Source: Mobula hypostoma (taxonomy: Eukaryota). Taken from it: 64,000 nucleotides of DNA. The translations under genes and the position numbers were made by a program. Below the pieces are notes generated by a model, which saw only the letters and a program-made list of their open reading frames with translations, did not search any database and was not told where the DNA came from. Numbering within the stretch: position 1 is the first letter of the stretch; each line of letters opens with the position of its first letter. Below, piece by piece: positions 1-11,995 of this stretch. Where the stretch lies: the NCBI RefSeq assembly GCF_963921235.1, contig NC_086097.1, forward strand, positions 115,942,001 to 116,006,000. The letters run 5' to 3'.

Positions 1-3000
1 CTTTTCATCTTAACCATGTCTTTCCTGTATCTGCGTGAATAAAGCTGTAGACTGTTGGAGCTGTAGACTCCAAGAGCCACTTCAGCAACAACTGGTACAA
101 CTGCAACATATTGTCCCAACTTCTATATTCAATGCACTGACTAATTAAACCTAGCATGCTAAACATCTTTTACACCACCTTGTCTACCTGTGATACTGCC
201 TTCAATGTACTTCCACTCCTCGGTCCCTCTCTTCCATTACACTACCTAGTCGAGTTCAAAGTTATATCCATTCAACTGTATACATATATACTGCCTGATG
301 AAGCAACATTCCTCCGGACCAAGATATGTAACATATAACTCACACTGAACAGGCAGGTAATATTACCACAAATAATACATTACATCTACGACACAAGTCA
401 AAATATAAGCAGTATTCGCTGCTGGTGCTGCATACGTGATGAGATCTGGGACGTAGCTGGGTTGTTCCGTAGTCTCACTGCTGGGGGAAGCAGTTGATTC
501 CCATCCTAACAGTCCTTGTCCTAATGCTATGGTACCTCCTCCCTTATGGTAGGGTGTGAAAGGGATTGTTAGATGTATGGGAGAGATCATTGATAATGCT
601 AAAGGCCCTGTGCATGCAGCACTCCTGACAAATATCTCTGATGGGTGGAAGAGAGACCCTGATAATCTTCTGAGCTGTCCGTGCAGTCATTTTTAGGGTC
701 CTATAGTCAGATGTCTTGCAATTCATGTGCCAGACAATGATGCGGCAGGTCAGGGCATTCTCAAGGGTACCCATTGCCCTACCATTCATAGTTTAGGTCT
801 TTCACTGGTTTGACTTTCCAAAATGCTTCAGCTCACAATTATCTGTAATGAGGTCCCAACACTGATCCTTGCAGCATGCCATTCAGTACCAGCCTCCATT
901 TTATGAGACAACCTAAAACCACAACACTCTGCTTTCTGTGTCTGAGTCCATTTTGAATCCACCAAAAGAGAACCATTTTCCCTGATTGATCTGATTCCAG
1001 CATTTTCAGGCTCTTGTGTTCAAATCATCATTCAGCCTCTTTCACTCTCTCCATCTTCCCCACTTCCATCTAGGTCTATCAGTCCATCATTTGTGTCTAA
1101 CCAAACTTACAAAGCTTTTCGAGGAGGTTACCAGAAAAATCAATGAAGGAATGATAGTGGGTGTTATCTACATGGATTATAGCAAGACCTTTGATAAGGT
1201 CCCAGATTGGAGGGTCACTTGAATCGCTTGGCATTCAGGATGAGGTAGAAAATTGTATTCAACACTGTCTTCACTGAAGAAGCCAGAGAGTTGGAGTAAA
1301 TGTTTGCGTCTCTGACTGGAGACTAGTGGTGAGCCAAAGGGATCGGTGCTGCATCCATTGCTGTTTGTCAATATTATATATCAATAATTCGGATGATAAT
1401 GTGTTAAGCTAGATCAGAAAATTGGCAGATGACTCCAATATTTGTAGCATAATGGACAATGAGGTAGACTATCAAAGATTGCATCAGGATACACACAAAC
1501 TGGAAAAATGGGCTGCAAAATGGCGGATGGAATTTAATGCAGATAGGTGTGAGTGGCTGCACTTTGGGAGGACAGCCCAGGGTAGGACTTACACCCTGAA
1601 CTGTAGCTCTCTAAGGAGTGCAATGCAACAAATGGATCTGGGCATACAGATCTACTGTATAGTTCCTTGAAGGTGGTCTCACAGGTAGATGGGTCATAAA
1701 AAGATTGTTTGGCACATTGGCCTTCCAAAATCAGAGTACTGAGTACAGGTGTTGGGATGTTATGTTGATGTTGTATAAAACATTAGTGAGGCTAAATTTG
1801 GAGTATTGATTGCAGTCTGGTCACCTACGTACAGGAGAGATATCTATAAGATTGAACAAGTTCAGAAAAAAGTTTAGAAGGATGTTGCCATAATTTGAGG
1901 ACCTGAGTTATTAGGGAAAGATTGAATAGATTAAGACTTTATTCCCTGGAGCATAGCAGAATGAGGGAAGTTTTGAGAGAGTTACACAGAATTGGGAGTA
2001 GCGCATACAAGTATAGAGTAAATACAAGCAGACTTTTTCCACCGAGGTTGGATGAGACTAGAACTGGCGGTCATAGATTAGGGGTGAAAGTTGAAATATT
2101 TAAGAGGAAGCTGAGGGGAATTTCTTCACTCAGATGTTGGTGCAAGTACGGAAAAAGTGGTGGATGTGGATTCAATTGCAACATTTAAGAGAAGTTTGGA
2201 TAAGTACTTGGATGGATAAGGGTATACAGGGCTATGGTCTAGATGCTGGTTGATAGGGCAGAATAACATTTTGGCATGGACTAGATGGGCTGAATGGCCT
2301 GTTTCTGTGCCGTTGTGCTCTATTAGACAATGCACTGTTTCTCTCCTTTACTGCTTCCACCTATTGCCTGCCAGACCTTGTCTTACTCCCTCCCTCTCAT
2401 CTCATTAGTTTGCCTATTTCTCTTCTGCAATCTTAGACCTGATGTAGGGTCTTATCCTAAAACACCAGTCATCACTCTGCCTCTACAGATGCAGCTTGAC
2501 TACCTGTGTTTCTTCATCATGTTTGCTTGTTGTTGGAACTGAGCTGCCTCTGTCATCAGGAAGGAATAGGAATTGTGGCTGTTTTCCCTGGAAAGTAGGA
2601 GTCTGAGGGCTGACAATGTACAGGTATGCAAAACATAAGGGACATAGATAGTATAGATGGTCATAGTCTTCACCCGAGGGTGGGAGAATCTAAAAATTGG
2701 AGGACAGAGAATTAAGGTGAGAGGGAACAATTTAAAGGGGACCTGATGGACAATCTTTTGCTCAGAGTGTAGTGAGTGTGGGGAACAAACTGTCAGAAAA
2801 AGTCATGGAGGTGGGTAAAATTAGAAATGTAAAGAATGTATTGACAGGAACATGAGGAGAGGGACATGATCAGAGGGAAACAGACCAAATGCTGGCAAAT
2901 GGGACAACTTCAGGTCAGGATTTGGTTGAAGTGGACGAGATCCAAAGGGTCTGTTTCCTTGATGTATCATTCTATGATTATGAATCTGAACTTAGTTCAA

Positions 3001-3380
3001 AGGCGTACAATATTTTGAAAATATCTGAAGGCCAATTGGATATTCTGCAGACTGACACTTTCCAGATTCATAGGCTAAGGCCCGGCTTGGAGATAAGCAA
3101 GATTCTTCCCTCCTTGATGACTCATGATTATGAGTTTAACACTTAAGTTTAGCTATGGGAAGTAAATGCATGCAGTAGGCTGGAGGGAGCACAAAAAAGA
3201 ATAGAAGGTTAAAACTGAAGGGAGAAGCTTTTTTAGCAAACCTTCACTGCAAAGTCAATGAATTAATAGTACCAGACTAAAGTAAAAGACATTGGCCTAA
3301 TAGCAGTTTGTGAAGGTGTGGGTGGAGTATGTGCAAAGAATGAAATATTCCAGAAAGAATGGATCTTGTGTCTGGAGAAG
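1..3380 (+). repeat. Local segmental/tandem duplication, copy 1 (runs off the window start)
   Basis: Colinear similarity with 7233-12404 across several unrelated repeat junctions and non-repeat DNA (cttttcatcttaaccatgtc at 1 and 7233; gaatggatcttgtgtctggagaag ending at 3380 and 12404). Confidence 0.9.
1090..2320 (+). mobile_element. Old CR1 LINE, degenerate RT and 3' end
   Basis: Fragments read IYMDYSKTFDKVP, ADDS..., WRMEFNADRC, LYSLE; CR1-type 3' UTR gggctgaatggcctgtttctgtgc. Confidence 0.85.
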
Positions 3381-3429
3381 TGCAGTTACCCAACTTCTTT
3401 CAAAGCAATGAAACATAACTGTAAATTAC

Positions 3430-3569
3430 CGAATGTTGTGATCTCAGACTCATTCTGAGTGACATCAGACTGATGTTGAGATACGGAGATCACTGCATCA
3501 AACCCATCCATCTCATTGAAAGGTGAAAAATCAATGAAGTAGTAAATAGTTGGACGACTAATATACACT
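3430..3569 (-). CDS. Candidate 140-nt internal coding exon of an unidentified host gene
   Basis: Minus strand ttttcatcaacaatttcag|AGTG...TTCG|gtaatt; only one frame open (VYISRPTIYYFIDFSPFNEMDGFDAVISVSQHQSDVTQNESEITTF); non-repeat DNA. No homolog recognised. Confidence 0.3.
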
Positions 3570-4325
3570 CTGAAATTGTTGATGAAAATAGCTTTTACTG
3601 AAATTAAATATAGGAATAATTTTATTTGAGCATTAAAGAGATTTGAATACTTTTTGCAATTATTTGTCACTGCAGTTCCTATTTTCTTTGACTGTGCATC
3701 GTAATTCAAAATTCTTTATGGTTTTTACGTAATGCCTGGAGTGGGTTAGGGAGCCTCTGGTGATGTGTTCTGGGTGAGAAAATGTTTGGGAACCACTGTT
3801 TTAGAATTCCTCAAGTAAATTTCGCATTATCAATATTTTAATCATTGTTTTAAGTTCAGTATTTTAAATCTTTGGTTAGAACACATTTAACTCATCTTCT
3901 ACCTGGGTAGACTACATCCCAATAGTATGAACAATAAATTTTCCAACTTCACTTAAACTTCATTTTCTGAGCTTCTTTCTCTCTCGTTGGTTTTCATATC
4001 CCTATTTCCACCTTCCCAGGCCCTGTTATCTAGTTTTATTCTCCTCCCCCACCTGGTTCTACCTGTCATTACCCACACACTGGAATTTTTGGTTCTCCTA
4101 TTACCTCCCTCAAATGGTCTCATCACTCCATTATTCATAGAGTGAGAATCACAGAGCAATACAACCTAGATATGTAATCAGTGACCACTCTATTAGATAC
4201 CTCTTATATCTAATAAAGTTGCCACTGTGTGTATGTTCATAGCCTTTTGCAGTAATAGCTCATTCACTTCAAGGTTTGATGTGTTGTGCTTTCAGAGATG
4301 CTCTTCTGTATGCTACTGTTGTAAC

Positions 4326-5084
4326 ATAGAAACATAGAAACATAGAAAATAGGTGCAGGAGTAGGCCATTCGGCCCTTCGAGCCTGCACCGCCATTTATT
4401 ATGATCATGGCTGATCATCCAACTCAGAACCCCGCCCCAGCCTTCCCTCCATACCCCCTGACCCCTGTAGCCACAAGGGCCATATCTAACTCCCTCTTAA
4501 ACATAGCCAATGAACTGGCCTCAACAGTTTCCTGTGGCAGAGAATTCCACAGATTCACCACTCTCTGTGTGAAGAAGTTTTTCCTAATCTCGGTCCTAAA
4601 AGGCTTCCCCTCTATCCTCAAACTGTGACCCCTCGTTCTGGACTTCCCCAACATTGGGAACAATCTTCCTGCATCTAGCCTGTCCAATCCCTTTAGGATC
4701 TTATACGTTTCAATCAGATCCCCCCTCAATCTTCTAAATTCCAACGAGTACAAGCCCAGTTCATCCAGTCTTTCTTCATATGAAAGTCCTGCCATCCCAG
4801 GAATCAATCTGGTGAACCTTCTTTGTACTCCCTCTATGGCAAAGATGTCTTTCCTCAGATTAGGGGACCAAAACTGCACACAATACTCCAGGTGTGGTCT
4901 CACCAAGGCCTTGTACAACTGCAGTAGTACCTCCCTGCTCCTGTACTCGAATCCTCTCGCTATAAATGCCAGCATACCATTCGCCTTTTTCACCGCCTGC
5001 TGTACCTGCATGCCCACTTTCAATGACTGGTGTATAATGACACCCAGGTCTCGTTGCACCTCCCCTTTTCCTAATCGGCCACCA
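4326..5084 (-). mobile_element. Young 5'-truncated CR1 LINE (uninterrupted 211-aa ORF2 C-terminus)
   Basis: ORF 4424-5059 contains LYKALVRPHLEYCVQFWSP, QRRFTRLIPG, LYSLEFRRLRGDLIE, FFTQRVVNLWNSLP; (CATAGAAA)n tail at ~4325-4349. Confidence 0.95.
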
Positions 5085-5302
5085 TATGGTTATTTGAGTT
5101 ACTGTTGCGTTCCTCTCAGTTTGAACCAGTCTGGCCGTTCTCCTTTGATCTCTCCTGTCAACAAGACGTTTTCCTCCAGAGAACTGCTGCTCACTGGATG
5201 TTTTTGATCTTTGCACCATTCCATGGAAACTTTAGAGATCATTGTAAGTGAAACTCCCAGGAAACCAGCAGTTTGGGAGATGCTCAAACCGCTCATTCTG
5301 AC

Positions 5303-5668
5303 TCCTTTTTCTCCCTCTGTCCCTCTAAATATACCTCTTGCCCATCCTCTGGGTCCCCCCCCCCCGCCGTCTTTCTTCCTGGACCTCCTGTCCCATGATC
5401 CTCTCGTATCCCCTTTTGCCTATCACCGGTCCAGCTCTTGGCTCCATCCCTCCCCCTCCTGTCTTCTCCTATCATTTTGGATCTCCCCCTCCCCCTCCAA
5501 CTTTCAAATCCCTTACTCACTCTTCCTTCAGTTAGTCCTGACGAAGGGTCTCGGCCTGAAACGTCGACTGCACCTCTTCCTACAGATGCTGCCTGGCCTG
5601 CTGTGTTCACCAGCAACTTTGATGTGTGTTGCTTGAATTTCCAGCATCTGCAGAATTCCTGTTGTTTG
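5303..5668 (+). mobile_element. Penelope-like element 3' terminal (pLTR) fragment
   Basis: Near-identical to the reverse complement of 32498-32825; flanked by direct repeat cattctgac (5294-5302, 5669-5677). Confidence 0.9.
5529..5570 (+). ncRNA. Minimal type I hammerhead ribozyme motif (PLE-associated)
   Basis: agtc-CTGACGA-agg(gtctcgg)cct-GAAA-CG-TC-gact: CUGANGA and GAAA boxes, stem I agtc/gact, stem II agg/cct, palindromic ACGT in place of stem III; predicted cleavage after C5565. Confidence 0.8.
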
Positions 5669-5811
5669 CATTCTGACACCAACTATTATTCCACTGTCAA
5701 AGTCACTGAGATCACATTTCTTCCCCATTCTGAAGTTGGTTCTGCAAAACTGAACCTCGTGACCATGTCTGTATACTTTTATGCGTAGAATTGATGTCAT
5801 AAGTTTGGCTC

Positions 5812-6710
5812 AGAGTACAAAGTTTGAAGTAAATTTTATCATCAAAATACAAATATGTCAAAAATATATAACCCTGAGATTCATCTTCTTGTGGGCATAC
5901 TCAATAATATTATAGACTGATATCCATAAGAGAATCAGTGATAGGCCATCAAATGAGGGGTTTTCGAGAGTGCAGATGTCATCAAACTGAAAATACAAAT
6001 TGAAAAAAATAATAATAGTAAATAAATAAGCAATAAGTATTAAGAACGTGAGATGAAGAATCCTTGAAAGTGAGTCTATTAGGTGTGAGAACATTTCAAT
6101 GGTAACAATTGAAGTTAAGTTGAGTAAAGTTATCCTCTTAGGTTCAAGAGCCTGATGGATGACAGTTAGTAACTTCCTGAAATTGGTGATGTGAGTCCTG
6201 ATGCTCTTGTATTTTCTTCCTGATGGAAGTAGTGTGGAGAGAGCATGAACTGGGTGGTGGAGGTCCCTGATGATGGATGCTGCTTTCCTGTGACAGCATT
6301 TCACTCAGGTGCTCAGTGGTTGAGAGGGGTTTACCTGTGATGGACTGGGCCGTATCCAGTACTTTTAGTCGGATTTCCCCTTCAAGGGCATTGGTGTTTC
6401 CACACCAGGCTGTGATACAGCCAGTCAGTATACTCTCCACTAAACATTTTAGAAGTTTGTCAAAGTTTTAGATGTCATGCAGAACCTCTGCAAAGTCCTG
6501 AAGAAGTAGAGGTGCTGGCGTGCTTCCATAATCATTGCAATTACATGCTGGGCCCAGGACAGGTCCTTCGAAATAATAACTCCTTGGAATTTAAAGCTGC
6601 TAGCCCTCTCCATCTCCAATCCTGTGATGAGGACTGGCTCATGGACCTCAGATTTCTTTCTAAAGTCGATAATCAGCTGTTTGGTCTTGATGACATTGAG
6701 TAAGCAGTTG
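5812..6710 (-). mobile_element. Rex1/Babar-like LINE 3' fragment
   Basis: ESILTGCITAWCGN, KAASIIRDLHHPVHAL..LLPSGRKY; tail aaaatttacttcaaactttg. Confidence 0.8.
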
Positions 6711-6789
6711 CCAATCGGAACTGATTAGACATTTGCATTAATGAGCAGGTATATGGTTGGACCTCATAAAGTGACCACTGATTGTCAGT

Positions 6790-7430
6790 CCTTTGGCCCA
6801 GACAGCTCATGCCAGCCACATTGTCTACACTGCCAACACAGCTTGTCCTAATTTCCTGCGTTTCATCCATATCTCTTAAAGTCCTGCTCTGTTCTTATAC
6901 TTATCCAAATGCTTTTTCAGTGATACTATTGTACCTGCCTCAACCAATTCCTCTGACAGCTTGTTCCAGATACTCACCATCCTTTGTATGGAAAAGTTGT
7001 CCCACAGGCTAATTTCAAAAGTTTCCCCTCTCACTCTAAGTATATGGGCCTAGTTTTAGAAAAAAGACTGTTCTCGTGCACCTTATCAATGTCTCTTGCA
7101 TTTTTAAACAGTTCTATAAGTTTGCCCCTTGTTCTCCAATTCTCTAAGGGGTAAAGACCTAGTATGGCCAACCTCTCCCTGTAACTCAGGCCCTTTAATC
7201 CTGGTGACATCCTCATAAATATTTTGTGCACGCTTTTCATCTTAACCATGTCTTTCCTGTATCTGTGAGAATAAAGCTGTAGACAGCACTCCAAATGGCA
7301 CTTCAGCAACAATTGGTACAACTACAACATAGTGTCCCAACTACTATATTCAATGCACTGACTAATTAAACCCAGCATGCTAAACATCTTTTACACCACC
7401 TTGTCTACCTTTACTGCCTTCAATGTACTT
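6790..7430 (-). mobile_element. Old CR1 3' fragment
   Basis: ORF 7031-7321 YQLLLKCHLECC...LSYRERLAILGLYPLE. Confidence 0.75.
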
Positions 7431-7534
7431 CCACTTCTTGGTCCCTCTCTTCCATTACACCCTCTAGTCAAGTTCAAGGTTATATGCGTTCAACTATATA
7501 CAGGTATACCACTAGATGAAACAACATTTAATTG

Positions 7535-8548
7535 AACATAGAGACATAGAAAATCTACCGCACAATACAGACCCTTCTGCCCACAAAGCTGTGCCGAACA
7601 TGTCCCTACCTTAGAAATTACCTAGGGTTACCCATAGCCCTCTTTTTTTCTGAGCTCCATGTACTTGTCCAGGAGTCTCTTAAAAGACCCTATCATATCT
7701 ACCTCCACCACCATCGCTGGCAGCCCATTCCACGCACTCACCACTCTCTGCGTAAAAAGATTTACCCCTGACATCTCCTCTGTGCCTACTTCTAAGCACC
7801 TTAAAACTGTGCCCTCTCGTGCTAGCCATTTCAGCCCTGGGAAAAAGCCTCTGACTACCCACATGATCCATGACTCTCATCATCTTATACCCCTCTATCA
7901 GGTCACCTCTCATCCTCTGTCACTCCAAGGAAAAAAGGCCAGGTTCACTCAACCTATTCTCATAAGGCATGCTCCCCAATCCGGGAAACATCCTTGTAAA
8001 TCTCCTCTGCATCCTTTCTATGGTTTCCACATCCTTCCTGTAGTGAGGCGACCAGAACGGAGCACAGTACTCCAAGTGGGGTCTGACCAGGCTCCTATAT
8101 AGCTGCAACATTACCTCTCGGTTCCTAAAATCACTCCCATGATTGATGAAGGCCAATGCACCATATTGCTTTCTTAACCACAGAGTCAACCTGCACAGCA
8201 ACTTTGAGTGTCCTATGGACTCGGACCCCAAGATCCCTCTGATCCTCCACACTGCCAAGAGTCTTACCATTAATACTATATTCTGTCATCATATTTGACC
8301 TACCAAAATGAACCACTTCACACTTATCTGGGTCGAACTCCATCTGCCACTTCTCAGCCCAGTTTTGCATCCTATCGATGTCCTGCTGCAACCTCTGACA
8401 GCCCTCCACACTATCCGCAACAGCTACAATCTTTGTGTTATCAGTAAATTTACTAACCCATCCCTCCACTTCTTCATCCAGGTCATTTATAAAATTCACG
8501 AAGAGCAGAAGTCCCAGAACAAATCCCTGAGGCAGACCAATGGTGACC
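7535..8548 (-). mobile_element. CR1 LINE, 5'-truncated RT and 3' end
   Basis: GLPQGFVLG..FINDLDEEVEGWVSKFTDNTK, LYRSLVRPHLEYC; catagagacatagaaaa tail. Confidence 0.92.
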
Positions 8549-9579
8549 AATAAGTTGTATTTATGACACAAGTCAAAAACAAAAAGTATATGCTACTGGT
8601 GTTTCATATGTGATGAGATCTGAGTGTGGCAAATTGTTCAGTAGTCTCTCTGGCAGAAAAGAAGTTGTTTATCACCCTAACAGTCCTTTTCCTAATGCCA
8701 CTGTTCCTCCTGTCTGATGGTAAGGGTTCAAAGAGGTTGCTGGATGGATGGCAGAGATTATTGATAATGCTAGGGCCCTGCATTTTCAGCTTTCCTGATA
8801 ACTATCTTGGATGAGTAGAACAGATTGCAATGATCTTCTCAGTTGCCCTCACAATCCTTTGTAGGGTCTTGCAGTCAGATGTCTTGTAATTTACATGCCA
8901 GATAATGATGCAACTGGTCAGGACATTCTCAGTCATCCCCATTGCCCTACCATTCATAGCTTAGGTCTTTCACTCGTTTGACTTTCCGAAATGCTTCTGC
9001 TCACAATTTTCTATACGGAGATCCATTTGCTGCTCCTTGACTCACTTCTCCAACTGATCTTGATCCCCGTATAATCTGCAGTAACCTTCCTCACTTTCAA
9101 CAATGCATCCTCATTTGGTGTCAGCTACAGACCTGCTGATCAAGTCTTGAGCAGTCTCATGCAAATCATTTCTATAAATTACAAATAATAAGGGTCCCAA
9201 AACTGGCCCTTGCAGCACGCCATTGGGCACCAACCTCTATTCTGAGAAACGAACTACAGCCACCTCCACCCACCACACACAGTCCTGTTGAAGGGTTTCA
9301 GCCTGAAGCATCGACTCTTTACTCTTTTCCATAGATGCTGCCCAGCCTGCTGAGTTCCTCCAGCATTTTGTGTGAGTTGTTTGGATTTCCAGCATCTGTA
9401 GATTTTCTCTTCTTTGTGCTACAGCCACCACCTACTGCTTTCTGCCTCTGAGACAGTTCTGAATCCACTCAGCTCGTACCATTTTCCTGATTTATCAAAT
9501 TCCAGCATCTCCAAATCTCTGTTCAGCCTCTTTCTCTCTCTCCGTTCTTCTCTCCTCCATCTGGGTCTATCTTCTCATC

Positions 9580-10378
9580 ATTACAGTAGGGCATGCCTAA
9601 TCAAATTTGTATAGTTTTTCGAGGTTACCAGAAATTTGGTGAAGGAATGGCAATGGATGTTGTCTACATAGACTATAGCAAGGCCTTTGATAAGGGCCCA
9701 GATGGGAGGGGCATCAAAAACCTTAGGTTGCTTGGCATTCAGAATGAGGTAGCAAATTGGAGTGAACATTGACTTTGTGGGAGAAGTCAGAGAGTTGTCA
9801 TAAATGATTGCCTCACTGTCTAGGGATCTGTGACAAATTGGTGTTGGTCCATTGTTGTTTGTTAATGAAGTAACAATAATCTGGATGATAATGTGTTAAA
9901 CTGGATCAGAAAATATGTGGATGACAGTTGAGGACCTGAATTATAGGGAAAGATTGAATAGGTTAAGACTTTGTTCCCTGGAGTATAGGAGAATGAGGGG
10001 AGATTTGACAGAAGGACACACAATTCTCAGTGGCATATACAGTTATACGGTATATGTAAGTTGGCTTTTTTTCCACTGAGGTTGGATGAGACTAGAACTG
10101 GAGGTCATAAGTTAAGGATGAAAGTTGAAATATTTAAGAGGAACCTGAGGGGAAACTTCTTCACTCAGATGCTGGTGCAAGTATGGAATGAGGTGCCAGA
10201 AAAAGTGGTGGATGGAGATTCAATTACAACATTTAAGAGAAACTTAAAAGAGGACATTTAAGAGAGGATAAGGGCATAGAGGACAATGGTCCAGACGTTG
10301 GTCGATGGGGCAGAATAATATTTTATCATGGACTAGATAGGCTGAATGGCCTGTTTCTGTGCTGTAGTGCTCTATGAG
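9580..10378 (+). mobile_element. Old CR1 fragment (paralog of 1090-2320, internally deleted)
   Basis: GNFFTQMLVQVWNEVP; same flanks as in copy 1. Confidence 0.8.
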
Positions 10379-10989
10379 GCAGTATACTGTTTCTCTCCAC
10401 AACTGTTTCCACTTATTTCCTGCATCACCTCTCCCTCTCACCGCTTTAGTTTGGCCATCCCCCTTCTGCACTCTCAGTCCTGATGTAGGGTATTAAGCTA
10501 AAATGTTGGTCATCCCTCTACCACCACAGATGCTGCTTGACCAGCTGAGTTTCACCAGCATGTTTTCTTGCTGTTGGGAATGAATTGCTGGGCCTCTGTC
10601 ATAAGCAGAGGATAGACAGGCTGGCCTGTTTTCTTTGGAAAGTAGGAGTCTGAGGGCTGACAATACAGAGGCATAGAAAAGCATAAGAGGCATAGATAAG
10701 AGTGAAGGTCACTGTCTAAAAATTGGAGGACAGAGTCTTTAGATAAGGGGGAAAGATTTAAAGGGAACCTGAGGACATCTTTCGCTCAGAGTGTAGTGAG
10801 TGTAGCGAACAAAATTCCAGAAGAAGTAATAGAGGTGGGTAAAGTTACTAGTGTAAAGAACATATTGATGGGAACATGGATAGAGGGGCATGATTAGAGA
10901 GATATGGACCAAGTGCTGGCAAAGGGGACAATTTCAGGTAGGCAACTTCTTTGGAAGGGTCTGTTCCTTTTTCTCTGTTCCTTTACCTC

Positions 10990-11995
10990 CACTGGATCTG
11001 TTCCCAGAACACAGCTTTCCATTCCAGGACTTCAGAAATAGCCTCCTTCTTCAAAGGGGGTTTCCCTACCCCCACTAAGATCTGCACTCTCACTATCTTC
11101 CTGCCACTTTAAAAGTGATAGAGTTCATCTTGTCCTTATCTACCCCCCATCAGTCTCTGCATCCAACACATTATCCTCCACAACCTCTGCCACCTACAAA
11201 GAGATCCTACCACGAAACACATCATTACCTCTCCTCTCCTCATCCCATGGGGAACTCTCCCTCCCAGATTCCCTTCTTCATTCATCCCTCCCCACTAATC
11301 TCCCTTCAGGCACTTATCCCTGCAAGTGGCCTAAGTGCAACACCTGCCCATTCACCACCTCCCTCACCTCCATTCTGGAACCAAAACAGTCCTTACATGT
11401 GAGGGAATGCTTCACCTGAGAAACTGCTGGGGTGATCTAGTGTGTCCAGTGCACCGCTTCGTCGAGCACCTCTGCTCCATCTACAACAAGCTGAACCTTC
11501 TGGTGGCTAAACATTTTAATTTCATTTACCATTCCCATGCTGACATGTCAATCTATGACCTCCTCTTGTGCCAAGATGAAGTCACCCTCATGGTGAATGA
11601 GCAACACCTTATATTCCATCTAGGTAGCCTCCAACCTAATGGCATGAATATTGATTTCTCCATCTGGTTAAAAAAATTCCACCCTTGCTCTATTCTCCAC
11701 ACTGACCTTTTACCTCTTCTTACCTGCCCTTTACTTTCTCCTATGGTCTACTCTCCTCTCCCAACAGATTCCTTCTTCTCCAGCCCTTGACCTTTCCCAC
11801 CCACCTGGCTTCACCTTTCACCTTCGAGCTAGCCTTCTCCCCACCCCACCACCTTTTTATTCTGGCATCTTTCTCCTTCATTCTCAGTCCTGAAGAAGGG
11901 TCTCAGTCCAAACCATCGACTGTTTATTAATTTCCATAGGTGCTGTCTGACCTGCTGACTTCCTCTAGTAGTTTGCGCGTGTTGCTTTGAAGTTT
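10990..11995 (+). mobile_element. Degenerate Penelope-like element 3' part (GIY-YIG, 3' UTR, decayed hammerhead)
   Basis: RFVEHLCS..VAKHFN..HSHADMS..EQHLIFHLGSLQPNGMNIDFS; gtcctgaagaagggtctcagtccaaaccatcgac at ~11888-11920. Confidence 0.88.

Larger units (their letters stand above)
4177..6784 (-). mobile_element. Non-autonomous Tc1-like element split by three nested insertions
   Basis: Ends cagtgaccactctattag / cataaagtgaccactg; minus-strand transposase N-terminus pieces MGKKCDLSDFDSGIIVG and LSISQTAGFLGVSLTMISKV. Confidence 0.8.
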
